Position numbers and translations under genes: made by a program
Origin: a virus
Virus record (IMG/VR): IMGVR_UViG_3300042898_002514
Strand: one strand, 5' to 3'
DNA: 64,000 bases
Shown: positions 1 to 10,181 of the stretch, piece after piece
Position numbering within the stretch: the stretch's first letter is position 1
Layout of the letters: each line of letters begins with the position of its first letter
The notes under the pieces: generated by a model
Told to the model about the DNA's origin: nothing
Databases searched by the model: none
Seen by the model: the letters and a program-made list of their open reading frames with translations, nothing else

Positions 1-424
1 GTGTGATCTTTGGCTTCATCTTGCCCACGTGAGCTGCTTTCTTGTAGTTGCAGCTCTTGCAGGCAGTGGCGGAGTTTTCCCAAGTGGTCTTGCCACCTTT
101 GCTCACAGGCAGTACGTGATCCAACGTGGCAGTGACTTCTGTGACTGCGATGCCACAATATTGGCAGGTGTAGGCATCACGCAGAAATATGTTGCGTTTG
201 CTTAATCTCATAGTGTGCTTGGGTTTTTGATATTGATTCAACATGATCACCGCAGGCACACGAGTCTGCCATCTAGCACTGTGTACTATCCAATCTTCGT
301 GCCATTCAAGCACCTTGACCTTGTCTAGGACCATATATCTGATGGCTTCCTGCCATTCGACCACACTCAGTGGAAGTAGGCTCACGGGTTGCATATCTGC
401 GTTTAATAAAAGTGTACTGCTCAT
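1..424 (-). CDS. McrA-like HNH endonuclease (3' end outside window)
   Basis: Manual translation MSSTLLLNADMQPVSLLPLS...RDAYTCQYCG...TLDHVLPVSKGGKTTWENSATACKSCN; absent from the ORF track because it is truncated. Confidence 0.9.
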   Translation of the reverse strand, partial: MSSTLLLNADMQPVSLLPLSVVEWQEAIRYMVLDKVKVLEWHEDWIVHSARWQTRVPAVIMLNQYQKPKHTMRLSKRNIFLRDAYTCQYCGIAVTEVTATLDHVLPVSKGGKTTWENSATACKSCNYKKAAHVGKMKPKIT

Positions 425-552
425 TTTGATTTACTAATCATCTATCGGACAAGTATTTAACATATAGCATCATTATACACTCAGATTACTTGCAAAGCAA
501 GACAAATTTGTATAAAATATATGATACAACAAATTTATAAAAGGATTAGCGA

Positions 553-1137
553 ATGTTAGTACCAATGGTAATTGAATCATCTAGTAAAGGCGAACGAGCC
601 TACGACATTTACAGCCGACTGCTCAAAGAAAGAATTATCATGCTGAATGGTCCTGTAGAGGATCAAATGGCCAATGTTATTGTAGCCCAATTACTATTTC
701 TAGAAAGTGAAAATCCAGACAAAGACATCAGCCTGTTTATCAACAGTCCCGGTGGAGTTGTCACATCGGGTATGAGCATCTATGACACCATGCAATTTAT
801 CAAACCCGATGTATCAACCTATGTTATGGGACAGGCCTGTTCAATGGGATCATTGTTGGCCACTGCCGGAGCCAAAGGCAAACGTTTTATGTTGCCCAAT
901 GCTCGACACATGATTCATCAACCCAGTGGCGGTGCTCGCGGACAGGCCACAGATATGCAGATTCAAGTTGAAGAGATTATTAAAATGAAAAAGACATTGA
1001 CTGAAATCTATGTCAAACACAACAGCCAGGGCAAAACTTTTGCACAGATGACTGCTGATATGGAACGAGACAAATTTATGAGTGCTGATGAAGCATTGGC
1101 CTACGGACTCATCGACAAAATTATAACGGAGAGATAA
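553..1137 (+). CDS. clpP: ATP-dependent Clp protease proteolytic subunit
   Basis: [22 protein letters not shown], catalytic Ser in ACSMGS, MIHQP, ERDKFM. Confidence 0.97.
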   Translation: MLVPMVIESSSKGERAYDIYSRLLKERIIMLNGPVEDQMANVIVAQLLFLESENPDKDISLFINSPGGVVTSGMSIYDTMQFIKPDVSTYVMGQACSMGSLLATAGAKGKRFMLPNARHMIHQPSGGARGQATDMQIQVEEIIKMKKTLTEIYVKHNSQGKTFAQMTADMERDKFMSADEALAYGLIDKIITER

Positions 1138-1520
1138 TGAACTTACAGACATTGGGTAAAATAGACAAGGGTTGGGGATTTGAATTGGTGTTTGCCAACA
1201 ACGACAAATACTGCGGCAAACTATTGGTATTTGAACGTGCAGGGGCCAAGACCAGTTTGGTGTTTCACAAAGAAAAAGCCAAGAGTTGGTTTGTGAATGC
1301 AGGCAAGTTCAAAGTTAAATTTATCGATGTTGCCACCGGAGAAGTAAAAGAAGCTGTGCTAGAAGAAGGACAGACTGCTGACTTTGGGCAGCTAGGACCA
1401 CATCAAGTAGAATCTCTAGTGGCCAACAGTGTGATATTTGAAGTTGGTACTGGAGACTATGCAGAAGATCGTTTTAGACTTGCGCCGGGTGACACGCAAA
1501 TGAAGCAGTCAGCGCCGTAA
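1137..1520 (+). CDS. Cupin-fold protein (sugar isomerase-like)
   Basis: [25 protein letters not shown] is a common phage cupin pattern. Confidence 0.65.
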   Translation: MNLQTLGKIDKGWGFELVFANNDKYCGKLLVFERAGAKTSLVFHKEKAKSWFVNAGKFKVKFIDVATGEVKEAVLEEGQTADFGQLGPHQVESLVANSVIFEVGTGDYAEDRFRLAPGDTQMKQSAP

Positions 1521-2685
1521 TCAGATCTTCAATCATACCATCATCGTGAAACGGAGTGGGAGCAATACGCAACCGCTCCGTTCCTACGGCAACTGTGGGA
1601 TTGTTGATAGGCTGTATGTAGATGTTGTGTTCGTTGAGCAGTTCATCACTGATGGCTTTACAGCGAACAGCTTCTCCTACTAGGATAGGTACAATGTGAG
1701 TGGTAGTACATTCCATTGCAGGCATACCGGCCACAGATAATCTATGCTTGAGCTTACGAGCCCGTTCTTGATGTTTGTCACGCAATTCATTGTGATCCTT
1801 TAGGTACTTGACCGCAGCCAGGGCACCAGCACAACTTACAGGACTCATACTTGTGGTAAAGATAAAGCCCGCAGCTACTGAACGGATGGCGTCAATGACT
1901 TCTACATCGGCAGCTATATAACCACCTTGGACTCCATAGGCTTTCCCTAATGTACCATTGACTATGTCAATACGGGATTGTAGCCCAAGCTCTTCAACTT
2001 TCCCACCACCGTGGGGACCATAGAGTCCTACCGCATGAACTTCATCGATATATGTTATAGCACCATAACGATCTGCTAGATCGCAGATTTCTTTGATGTG
2101 TCCAACATCGCCATCCATTGAGTAAACTGATTCAAATACTATACAGGGTGTATTGCCTGTGAGCTGTATGCTGGTTAATATATCTTCTAGGTGATTGAGA
2201 TCGTTGTGACGAAACACAGTCTTTGGAGCACGACTGTGTACCATACCTATGACTAGGCTGTTGTGGTTCTCACTGTCTGATACAAAATGTATGTTGGGTA
2301 TGATCTTGCTTAAAGCAATTAATGTCCACTCGTTGGCCACATAGGCTGAACTAAACAGCAAGGCCTTAGCTTTGTTGTGCAAGGTGGCTAGTTCGTGTTC
2401 TAGAGCCACGTGATAGTGACTGGTGCCTGCAATATTGCGAGTGCCTCCGCTGCCTGCTCCTGTGTGATCTAGTGCAGTATGCATGGCATCTAGTACAACT
2501 TTATGCTGGCCCATACCTAGATAATCATTGCTACACCAGTTTGTGATAGTTTTGATATTATAGGGACCGTACCACATAGCTGAAGGGAACTTGCCCTTTT
2601 CGCGGATGATATCGTTAAACACACGATATTTGCCAGTGTCTTTAAGATTTTTTAGTAGAGCATTAAAGGGAGCTTTGTTTATCAT
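1474..2685 (-). CDS. hemA: 5-aminolevulinate synthase (PLP, C4/Shemin pathway)
   Basis: [56 protein letters not shown]. Confidence 0.96.
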   Translation of the reverse strand: MINKAPFNALLKNLKDTGKYRVFNDIIREKGKFPSAMWYGPYNIKTITNWCSNDYLGMGQHKVVLDAMHTALDHTGAGSGGTRNIAGTSHYHVALEHELATLHNKAKALLFSSAYVANEWTLIALSKIIPNIHFVSDSENHNSLVIGMVHSRAPKTVFRHNDLNHLEDILTSIQLTGNTPCIVFESVYSMDGDVGHIKEICDLADRYGAITYIDEVHAVGLYGPHGGGKVEELGLQSRIDIVNGTLGKAYGVQGGYIAADVEVIDAIRSVAAGFIFTTSMSPVSCAGALAAVKYLKDHNELRDKHQERARKLKHRLSVAGMPAMECTTTHIVPILVGEAVRCKAISDELLNEHNIYIQPINNPTVAVGTERLRIAPTPFHDDGMIEDLITALTASFACHPAQV

Positions 2686-2730
2686 AGTAAGTGTATTTAA
2701 CCTGCTAAATATTAGACTGAGGATTTTGAA

Positions 2731-2961
2731 ATGGATATAGTTAAATTAGATGTACCCTTGTTTATACGCCTGCTAGAGCTGGCTCGCGAAGATGTCAAAC
2801 AAGATGCTGACCTGCATGATGTTGCAGAAGCTGTGATCAAATTATCACAAGAGGGTGTTGTTACTATGGCTGACTATGATCAAATCGTAGGTTTTATGCA
2901 AAAGCAAGGTGATCCTGCAAAAGAAGAAATTGCACGTATTAGACAACTAGGTGGTATGTAA
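2731..2961 (+). CDS. Conserved phage hypothetical protein, probably virion-associated
   Basis: TAAATA upstream, GAGGA SD, C-terminal RIRQLGG motif. Confidence 0.7.
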   Translation: MDIVKLDVPLFIRLLELAREDVKQDADLHDVAEAVIKLSQEGVVTMADYDQIVGFMQKQGDPAKEEIARIRQLGGM

Positions 2962-2963
2962 TA

Positions 2964-3932
2964 ATGGCCGATATAAACTATTGGGGACTAACCGGAACAA
3001 AACGTAGCGTTACCGGAATAACATTGGCCACTGCCACCGTTGACACACTAATCACAGCCATTGCCACAGACGAAGGACTACCAGCAGATTATTATCACTG
3101 GAGTCTCTTAAGTGATCCTAGCAAAAATAGCATTACCTTTGGTGATAGTTCTACAAAGTTATCAGCAATGGGGCTGGTAGACGGTGATACTGTGTTATGT
3201 ACTCCACAACAAAATGAAAGTAAACAAGAACGGCAGCTGAGAAAATTATATATTGCTCAGGCAAAAAAGCAAGCATTTGGCGACACAACTAAACCTTACT
3301 ATCGGGTGAACAACACTTTTGATATCACTCTATTACCGGACACCTATGCCACTGACGCAGATGATAATCCTAATACTGGAGGATTGCTACAAGGACGTCC
3401 GTGGATCAACGTTGCAGCTATTACATTTACATCTGGAGTTTATCATCGCACAGTAACCGGCACAACGAATGCTAATGGCTACTTTGGTACTGATTTTACT
3501 CCGGCTAACGATGATCTAACATTTTTTGACACCTATGCCGCAACGTCTCAAGGTGTCTATACAAGTTTAAACTTATCCAGCCTACCAGAGTATAGTAGTA
3601 TTATGCTAACAGGATACTTCTTAGCACCTACTACAGATACCTATACATTCTACACCAACACCGACGATGCTAGTTATATGTGGATAGGCCCGAATGCCAT
3701 CACTGGATATACTCATACCAATGCTATTGTACAGAATGGCGGCCTTCACGGTCCTGTAGAAGTGAGCGGAACCGTTGCAATGACCGCAAACATCTATTAT
3801 CCTTTCCGTGTTATGTTTGGTAACCTAACAGGCCCAGGAACAATGACAGTTAGTTGGGCATCTAGTACACAGGCTAAAACATCGACTTGGACAGGTAAAC
3901 TGTTCTACAACTCAGCCACTAACGGATTCTAA
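2964..3932 (+). CDS. PA14-domain (carbohydrate-binding) protein
   Basis: LTGYFLAPTTDTYTFYTNTDDASYMWIG...NGGLHG...YYPFRVMFG is a PA14 signature. Confidence 0.8.
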   Translation: MADINYWGLTGTKRSVTGITLATATVDTLITAIATDEGLPADYYHWSLLSDPSKNSITFGDSSTKLSAMGLVDGDTVLCTPQQNESKQERQLRKLYIAQAKKQAFGDTTKPYYRVNNTFDITLLPDTYATDADDNPNTGGLLQGRPWINVAAITFTSGVYHRTVTGTTNANGYFGTDFTPANDDLTFFDTYAATSQGVYTSLNLSSLPEYSSIMLTGYFLAPTTDTYTFYTNTDDASYMWIGPNAITGYTHTNAIVQNGGLHGPVEVSGTVAMTANIYYPFRVMFGNLTGPGTMTVSWASSTQAKTSTWTGKLFYNSATNGF

Positions 3933-3933
3933 T

Positions 3934-4092
3934 ATGACTGAAGAAACAGAAACATATCAACGACTAAAACCCAAATGCACCTGCTGGTGTACCGCACACT
4001 GCGGATTCAGCTGTATGACAGACGGCTGCGATTGCCCGGACTGTGAATGTAGTGATTGTGTAGACAAAGGTATTCAACGAGGCTACAACTAA
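3934..4092 (+). CDS. Small Cys-rich metallothionein-like protein (52 aa)
   Basis: MTEETETYQRLKPKCTCWCTAHCGFSCMTDGCDCPDCECSDCVDKGIQRGYN; fills the gap between neighbours, TAATG overlap with next gene. Confidence 0.7.
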   Translation: MTEETETYQRLKPKCTCWCTAHCGFSCMTDGCDCPDCECSDCVDKGIQRGYN

Positions 4093-4727
4093 TGAGTTTC
4101 TTAGTGGCTAATCTGCCACCTGTACATTGTTTTGTAAGACGAGAATTTCTCTACGATTTTAAATCAGGATACGGAGAGTATGAACCCTGCATCTGGGTTA
4201 GTATCAAGAGCCTACGCAGTCAAGCATTCCGCATAGAAAGCTATTTGCCCAGATACGGTGCTCTCTATGACAAGCTGCCCCTACATGCCTATGTGAGTAG
4301 AAACACTGACTTAGAGTCGGACAAGTTCCTATCATTGGACACCTTACAGATTTGGGATTGTTTCAGCTATGACATAGCTGTGATCCAGAAAGCATTTCTA
4401 CGCAATCTCAGCTGTGAGTTCTATGCCAAGGATCGTCAGCTACACAAGGGCAAATACTTGTTCACAGTGGACAATGCCGCACCTGACATGAACATCATAG
4501 ACACCACATATTCAGAATGGCCTGAAGATCACAAGAGCTTTAACTTTATCGAACTAGACAACGGACAGTATGCCGCACAGCCCAACAATCGCTGCAGATT
4601 CTTTGATGCCGCCAGCAATCCCAAAGAAATGCTGCACCCAGACTTCAAAGTGGCCACTAAGAAGTGGGTGGTTGAACAGAACCCTAAATGGCGTCTAGGT
4701 GACTCAGACACTGTTACATACGAATAA
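4092..4727 (+). CDS. Conserved phage hypothetical protein
   Basis: Start revised to MSFLVANLPP; LQIWDCFSY and NGQYAAQPNNR motifs. Confidence 0.8.
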   Translation: MSFLVANLPPVHCFVRREFLYDFKSGYGEYEPCIWVSIKSLRSQAFRIESYLPRYGALYDKLPLHAYVSRNTDLESDKFLSLDTLQIWDCFSYDIAVIQKAFLRNLSCEFYAKDRQLHKGKYLFTVDNAAPDMNIIDTTYSEWPEDHKSFNFIELDNGQYAAQPNNRCRFFDAASNPKEMLHPDFKVATKKWVVEQNPKWRLGDSDTVTYE

Positions 4728-4751
4728 ATACTAGCACTTATTGGAGTTTAT

Positions 4752-5192
4752 ATGAAAAGATTTTTAGCCGTATTATTGTTAGTCCCGGTACTAGCATTTG
4801 CACAGGGCAAGATGCCTGCCAAGTCAGCGACTTATGACGCACAAGTTATTAGAGTGAGTGATGGCGATACTATTGTAATCGCCGCTCCCTTTCTACCACT
4901 ACCGCTCAAACCTGAACTTGCTGTTAGAATCTACGGAGTCGACACCCCGGAAAAAGGACACAGAGCTCAATGTCCACAAGAAGACCAGCGAGCGCAACTG
5001 GCGAGTAAATTTACAACTCAAGCCCTACAATCCCACCCAAAGCACCAAGTTATTATCTATGGATGGGATAAGTTTGGTGGCCGTATATTGGGAGATATCT
5101 TGGTAAACGGACAGAGCATTAGACAGGGACTTATTAGCAACGGTCACGCTCGTGAATACTACGGTGACGCTAAACAAAGCTGGTGCAATTAA
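4752..5192 (+). CDS. Thermonuclease (SNase-like) with signal peptide
   Basis: RVSDGDTI, RIYGVDTPE, DKFGGRILG; hydrophobic N-terminus. Confidence 0.9.
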   Translation: MKRFLAVLLLVPVLAFAQGKMPAKSATYDAQVIRVSDGDTIVIAAPFLPLPLKPELAVRIYGVDTPEKGHRAQCPQEDQRAQLASKFTTQALQSHPKHQVIIYGWDKFGGRILGDILVNGQSIRQGLISNGHAREYYGDAKQSWCN

Positions 5193-5205
5193 TTTTAGAA
5201 TAGAA

Positions 5206-5300
5206 CACCTACCTTAGGAACGCTTGCGTTACTTGGTGTGCCCGGCTGCTGGGCAGAACGTTATCGGAGTCGTGCCCGGGAATGGCGTTCTAAGTGAGCA
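5206..5300 (+). ncRNA. Candidate structured RNA in a GC-rich intergenic region
   Basis: Stems TGCCCGG/CTGGGCA and AGAACGTTA/TGGCGTTCT, outer ACTT/AAGT pairing. Confidence 0.45.
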
Positions 5301-5315
5301 CTAACATAAAGAGCT

Positions 5316-5963
5316 GTGATGAAAAAGATTGCGTTATTCTTACATCAACCCAAGTGCAGTGTGCAAAGCGGCAATGGGATTATGCAAGCCCTGGGCTCAC
5401 ATTACAGTTTTAAAATATTCACCCGCCACGAAGTTGAGCGGGATTTCTTTGACGATGTAGACTGTATCTGTATTCCCGGAGGCATAGGGGATGCCAGTAG
5501 TTTTGATTATCTATTCAGCGAGAATGGAGATGCAGTCAAAAGATTTGTTCGTGGTGGTGGCCGGTACCTAGGCATCTGTATGGGAGCCTATTGGGCCGAA
5601 CATTACTATCTTGATCTACTCAAAGACATTCGTGCAGAACAATACATTACCCGTCCAGGTGCTGACACACGCAGACCACACGCCAAGAATCAACGAGTGT
5701 TGTGGCAGGGTGAAGAAGAATCTATGTTCTTCTATGATGGCTGTGCTCTAGTAGGTGCAGGCATTGACACAGCCAAGATATGGAGTCTGTATCCCAACGG
5801 TGATCCAATGGCTGTTATACAGGGCAATGTAGGCATCATGGGCTGTCATCCCGAAAGTCAACCTCATTGGTATGAAGGCTATTCATGGATGCAGGGTCTG
5901 TACCATAATGGTCACCACCACACATTGTTATTAGACTTTGTTGACGAATTGATGACTTTGTAA
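5316..5963 (+). CDS. BPL_N / class I glutamine amidotransferase-like protein
   Basis: IPGG, GGRYLGICMGAY nucleophile elbow, HPE. Confidence 0.85.
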   Translation: MMKKIALFLHQPKCSVQSGNGIMQALGSHYSFKIFTRHEVERDFFDDVDCICIPGGIGDASSFDYLFSENGDAVKRFVRGGGRYLGICMGAYWAEHYYLDLLKDIRAEQYITRPGADTRRPHAKNQRVLWQGEEESMFFYDGCALVGAGIDTAKIWSLYPNGDPMAVIQGNVGIMGCHPESQPHWYEGYSWMQGLYHNGHHHTLLLDFVDELMTL

Positions 5964-5993
5964 TCTTAGTGTAATCGAATATTCGTTAAATAT

Positions 5994-6881
5994 TTGATGC
6001 AAAAGACTTATCGTAGTATTTTTGTAAGCGATGTCCACTTAGGTACCAAAGACTGCAAGGCTGGACAACTAAATAATTTCCTCAAGCATAATAGTTGTGA
6101 CACACTATACCTTGTGGGAGATATAATCGACGCCTGGAAGATACAACAGAACAAATGGCGGTGGAAGCAGAGCCACACTAATGTGGTACGCAGAATACTA
6201 GGTCACGCCAAGCGTGGAACTCGTGTGGTATTCATAGCAGGCAATCACGATGAGTTTCTAAGACCCATGATACCGTATGGCTTTTCATTTGGACTAGTAG
6301 AAATACACAATCAAATAGAACATATAGGTGCAGACGGCAAACACTATCTAGTTACACATGGTGACCTATTTGATGGCATTACTAGACTGGCACCGTGGAT
6401 TGCGTTCTTGGGAGACAAGGCCTATGACTTTATTCTTAGCCTCAACAATAAATTTAATTGGATTCGTCGTCGTATGGGTTTTGGGTACTTTAGCCTTAGC
6501 AAATTTCTTAAGCACAAGGTTAAAAAAGCAGTAGACTTTATATTCAAGTTTGAAGAGAATCTAGCAGGCTATTGCAAGAAACGTGGCTTTGATGGAATCA
6601 TATGCGGACACATACACCATGCAGAGATCAAAGAGATCAACGGTGTAACTTATATGAATGACGGTGACTGGGTTGAATCGTGTACTGCACTTGTAGAACA
6701 CCACAACGGCCGTTGGGAAATTATAACTTGGACCAAGGAGCGAGATGATGTGGCTATTGATACTGACAGCGATACATATAAACGATCCCCAGGATCAACC
6801 AGGCAGAGTAGAACTCCAGTTCCAAGATCAAAAGACCTGCGAGCAAGTCCTAAGCAGCCTCAAGTGGCAGCTGAAGTTTAA
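5994..6881 (+). CDS. LpxH/PlcP-like metallophosphoesterase
   Basis: SDVHLG, LVGDIID, GNHD, HGD, CGHIH, NDGDWVES. Confidence 0.9.
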   Translation: MMQKTYRSIFVSDVHLGTKDCKAGQLNNFLKHNSCDTLYLVGDIIDAWKIQQNKWRWKQSHTNVVRRILGHAKRGTRVVFIAGNHDEFLRPMIPYGFSFGLVEIHNQIEHIGADGKHYLVTHGDLFDGITRLAPWIAFLGDKAYDFILSLNNKFNWIRRRMGFGYFSLSKFLKHKVKKAVDFIFKFEENLAGYCKKRGFDGIICGHIHHAEIKEINGVTYMNDGDWVESCTALVEHHNGRWEIITWTKERDDVAIDTDSDTYKRSPGSTRQSRTPVPRSKDLRASPKQPQVAAEV

Positions 6882-6918
6882 AAATTTTAAGGTGGTAGGC
6901 CAATGCAAACGACAATAA
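6748..6918 (+). CDS. Small protein overlapping the phosphoesterase 3' end
   Basis: AAGGAG SD at 6735-6740; MWLLILTAIHINDPQDQPGRVELQFQDQKTCEQVLSSLKWQLKFKNFKVVGQCKRQ. Confidence 0.55.
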   Translation: MWLLILTAIHINDPQDQPGRVELQFQDQKTCEQVLSSLKWQLKFKNFKVVGQCKRQ

Positions 6919-7619
6919 GCGATAAAATTACCATTGTGGTTCCCTGCAAGAATGAGGAGAACTACATACACCATTTGCTAGACTCTCTACGCAGCCAAAA
7001 CATTGGTGATACTAGAATCATCATTGCTGATTGTTCTACAGACAATACTCGTGAAGTTATTCAAGCCGCAAAGGGCAAGTTAAATGTAGAAATCATTGAA
7101 GGTGGGCCTGTTTCGCTGGCCAAGAACAATGGAGCACAACTGGTCACTACTCCCTATATCTTGTTTATTGATGCTGATGTGCGATTCTTTAAAGATAATG
7201 TAATACAAGATGCTGTTGACATGATAGAGCGTAAGAACCTAGACCTCATAGGATTGAATATCAAATGCTATGATCGAGACCTACGAGCAAAGATTGGGTT
7301 TACAGCATTTAACCTAATCAATCATGTATTAAAATATGTTAGTCCTTTTGCTGTTGGTGCTTTTATGCTAACACGCAGGGATCGCTTTGAACAGTACGGC
7401 GGCTTTCCGGAGCAGTTTGCAACATCAGAAGACTTCTTCTTGAGCCGTAAGTACAGCCCTAAGAAGTTTAGAATCATACGACATCACTTTGGTCAGGACA
7501 GTCGTAGATTCAAGAAGATGGGCTATATGGGCATGGCCAAGTATCTAGTCAAAAACTTTGTCAATCGCAACAACAAAGCCTATTGGGACAGTTTAGACAG
7601 CACCAGATACTGGAGTTAA
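6903..7619 (+). CDS. Glycosyltransferase family 2
   Basis: IVVPCKNEE, DCSTDNT, LFIDAD, SEDFFLS. Confidence 0.92.
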   Translation: MQTTISDKITIVVPCKNEENYIHHLLDSLRSQNIGDTRIIIADCSTDNTREVIQAAKGKLNVEIIEGGPVSLAKNNGAQLVTTPYILFIDADVRFFKDNVIQDAVDMIERKNLDLIGLNIKCYDRDLRAKIGFTAFNLINHVLKYVSPFAVGAFMLTRRDRFEQYGGFPEQFATSEDFFLSRKYSPKKFRIIRHHFGQDSRRFKKMGYMGMAKYLVKNFVNRNNKAYWDSLDSTRYWS

Positions 7620-8192
7620 AACTAGTTCGTAGAGTTCGCGCCAGTTCTTGACCACAGGGTATGAACATTCATGATGCATATTGTGCCCGTGTTCAATAAG
7701 GATAGAGCGCAGTCCTAGACTGTGGCCAACATCGGCATTGGCAGGCTTGTCTTCAATCCACCACATGCCACTCGCCTTGTAAGGAGCCAATGCTGAATCT
7801 TTGTCTGCACCTGTGTCCAGGCAAATAACACTTTCAATGGCATTGCCAAACAGTTTACGAAGATTCATTTCACGCAGTTTGCCTGCGTTCTTGTCTAGAC
7901 TTAGACTTGTGATCACCCGGAATTCATAACCGTGTTCTTCGTGCAGTCTTTTAACATAGTGAGCTGAATCACGTAGAGCAGGAAGAAAGCCAATGGCTGC
8001 TGACTCGTTGAAAGTTTTAACAACTTTCTTTGAATCCCGTTCCTCTAGCTCATTGTAGTGATCATGCAGATAATAGCTTTTCTTGTTGTCTGCTGTTAGA
8101 GTGTAACCGCGTTCTTGCATCCAAACTGAGAATGCCCATTCCCAATCTAGCAAAACTCCATCTGCGTCTGTGAGTATAAGTTTATTTTTCAT
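7593..8192 (-). CDS. HAD-family 5'(3')-deoxyribonucleotidase-like protein
   Basis: DADGVLLDW motif I, ITS, WIEDK. Confidence 0.85.
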   Translation of the reverse strand: MKNKLILTDADGVLLDWEWAFSVWMQERGYTLTADNKKSYYLHDHYNELEERDSKKVVKTFNESAAIGFLPALRDSAHYVKRLHEEHGYEFRVITSLSLDKNAGKLREMNLRKLFGNAIESVICLDTGADKDSALAPYKASGMWWIEDKPANADVGHSLGLRSILIEHGHNMHHECSYPVVKNWRELYELVLTPVSGAV

Positions 8193-8241
8193 ACTATATT
8201 ATAGCATAATTTAACCCTTATGTCAACGGGCTAAGTAAAAG

Positions 8242-8946
8242 ATGACTATAATAATCGCAACCCTAGTAATGACGCACATCACAATAGTCTGTGTCACACT
8301 ATATCTACACAGAAACCAAGCACATAGAGGAATTGAATTTCACCCAATCCTGAGCCATTTTATGCGTTTTTGGTTGTGGATGACCACAGGCATGACTACT
8401 AAGCAATGGGTAGCAATTCACCGTAAACATCATCAAAATACTGATGTAGAAGGTGATCCACATAGTCCACACGTATTTGGTATTTGGCCATTGGTATTTG
8501 GTGGAGTCAAGTTTTATAATCGTGCTGGCAAAGATGCTGACATGATCATGAAATACGGAATGGGCACTCCCAAAGACTGGATTGAACGCAAGTTGTATAC
8601 CCCACATCACAAACTAGGCATTCTCTTAATGCTAGTCATAGACTTATTGTTATTTGGGCTTTGGGGGTTTATGGTGTGGGGTGTACAAATGTTATGGATT
8701 CCGTTCTGGGCCGCTGGATTTATCAACGGCATCGGACACTGGTGGGGCTATCGCAATGGCGAAACCAAAGACCACAGCCGTAATATAGTGCCTTGGGGCA
8801 TACTAATTGGCGGTGAAGAACTACACAACAATCATCACTTAGATCCTGCTAATCCTAAGCTGAGTCGTCGTTGGTTTGAGTTTGACATAGGTTGGATGTG
8901 GTTTAGTCTATTTAAATTTTTAAGACTGGCCAAGTTACGCACATAG
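8242..8946 (+). CDS. Delta-9 type fatty acid desaturase
   Basis: His boxes HRNQAH, HRKHH, LHNNHH; DPHSP; transmembrane segments. Confidence 0.93.
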   Translation: MTIIIATLVMTHITIVCVTLYLHRNQAHRGIEFHPILSHFMRFWLWMTTGMTTKQWVAIHRKHHQNTDVEGDPHSPHVFGIWPLVFGGVKFYNRAGKDADMIMKYGMGTPKDWIERKLYTPHHKLGILLMLVIDLLLFGLWGFMVWGVQMLWIPFWAAGFINGIGHWWGYRNGETKDHSRNIVPWGILIGGEELHNNHHLDPANPKLSRRWFEFDIGWMWFSLFKFLRLAKLRT

Positions 8947-8970
8947 AAAAAGGACCCGAAGGTCCTTTTT
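8947..8970. terminator. Bidirectional intrinsic terminator
   Basis: AAAAAGGACC-CGAA-GGTCCTTTTT between convergent genes. Confidence 0.85.
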
Positions 8971-9010
8971 CATTTACTATATTATAATATACCGCTATGC
9001 GGCTAATAAT

Positions 9011-9286
9011 TTACTTCTTGGTAGCGCCAGCATTGACAAATGCGTACATTTTCTCTGCTGTTTCTAGAACTTTATCAAGTCCTGGGAAAGTTGGCATGTC
9101 TACCTTAGTAACGATCTGACCAGTCTTCTCATCGCGAGTAGCAGTCATTTCCCAACCTTGGAACTTGGCTTGGAAGTCGTCTTGTACTAGGCTCTTGGCC
9201 ATGCCCAAGATGTCTGTACGAATTTCGTATCCGTTCTTGTTGAATTTAACTTCTGGTAGCTTTGGTGCTGTAAAAATTTCTGACAT
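9011..9286 (-). CDS. Conserved phage hypothetical protein
   Basis: AGGAG SD; NKNGYEIRTDILGMAK...AEKMYAFV. Confidence 0.8.
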   Translation of the reverse strand: MSEIFTAPKLPEVKFNKNGYEIRTDILGMAKSLVQDDFQAKFQGWEMTATRDEKTGQIVTKVDMPTFPGLDKVLETAEKMYAFVNAGATKK

Positions 9287-9373
9287 AATAATCTCCTGTG
9301 TGTAATGTCTGTTTACATAGATACTTCTTTTTCTCTATGTACTATTATATATGCTCTATGATCTAAAAGCAAC

Positions 9374-9949
9374 TTATTTCTTGAACTTGTTTACTCGTTC
9401 TTTAATAAGTTTAACCACTACGTCACTGAGCACAACCTCATAGTGGTTATAATCTACTTCTACTAGTTCCATATCCTCATGATGCTTCTGACTAGCAATA
9501 GTCACAACACCATCATTGGGCTCATGCATGAATGCACTTTGTCCTTTGACTGTTACAATGTTAGTCCAAGGATGCTGTATCTTGATGTTTCTTGCCTGTT
9601 TCATAACCCAACTACTAGGACCAATGTCACGCATCAGTCTGCTGAACGGCAAGAAGTATTGGGCATAGTCTGCCACTTCGGCGCCACCATATGGTGTGCT
9701 TAGAGTAACAGCACCTTTAACAGCATCGGGCATACTATTGGCCAAATGCAGGCTATAGATACCGCCTAGACTATGTGCAACAAACACTAGATCAGTATTC
9801 CCGTCTAACGTAGACTGCATATCTTTTAGGTTGTTTTCAAACCCATTGCGACTGTCGTAGTTTATATCTAGTCCGTCGCCTAGTTTACTCTTGATGTAAT
9901 TGAAGCTCTCGCTGGTGGCATTGGCACCGTGTATATACACTAATTTCAT
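9374..9949 (-). CDS. Alpha/beta hydrolase (lipase/esterase-like)
   Basis: Start revised to MKLVYIHG; AHSLGG, STPYGG, NDGVV, NHYEV. Confidence 0.88.
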   Translation of the reverse strand: MKLVYIHGANATSESFNYIKSKLGDGLDINYDSRNGFENNLKDMQSTLDGNTDLVFVAHSLGGIYSLHLANSMPDAVKGAVTLSTPYGGAEVADYAQYFLPFSRLMRDIGPSSWVMKQARNIKIQHPWTNIVTVKGQSAFMHEPNDGVVTIASQKHHEDMELVEVDYNHYEVVLSDVVVKLIKERVNKFKK

Positions 9950-9965
9950 GCCAGTATTTATTAGC

Positions 9966-10061
9966 TTAGAACCAGCCGTGAAATTCGTCAACTATAGGAT
10001 GTACTTCCCACCCTTGTTGTTTCCAGCGTAACAGCATTATTACGGTGTCTAAGTAGTTCAT
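9966..10061 (-). CDS. Small hypothetical protein (31 aa)
   Basis: MNYLDTVIMLLRWKQQGWEVHPIVDEFHGWF; abuts the upstream ORF. Confidence 0.5.
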   Translation of the reverse strand: MNYLDTVIMLLRWKQQGWEVHPIVDEFHGWF

Positions 10062-10181
10062 TTAGTTTGTGTATACGGCTTTGGCTTCTTCAATGCGACC
10101 TTGACGAGCAAGACTTGCGGCAGCACGGGCCTGTGCAAATGATTCTAAAAATGACCAGATTGAGTTTAAGATTGTTTTCAT
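10062..10181 (-). CDS. Small hypothetical protein (39 aa)
   Basis: MKTILNSIWSFLESFAQARAAASLARQGRIEEAKAVYTN; AAGGA SD, ATGA overlap. Confidence 0.6.
   Translation of the reverse strand: MKTILNSIWSFLESFAQARAAASLARQGRIEEAKAVYTN

Noticed and set aside
243-437. Plus-strand 64-aa ORF
   Set aside because: Antisense to the HNH gene, which has clear motifs
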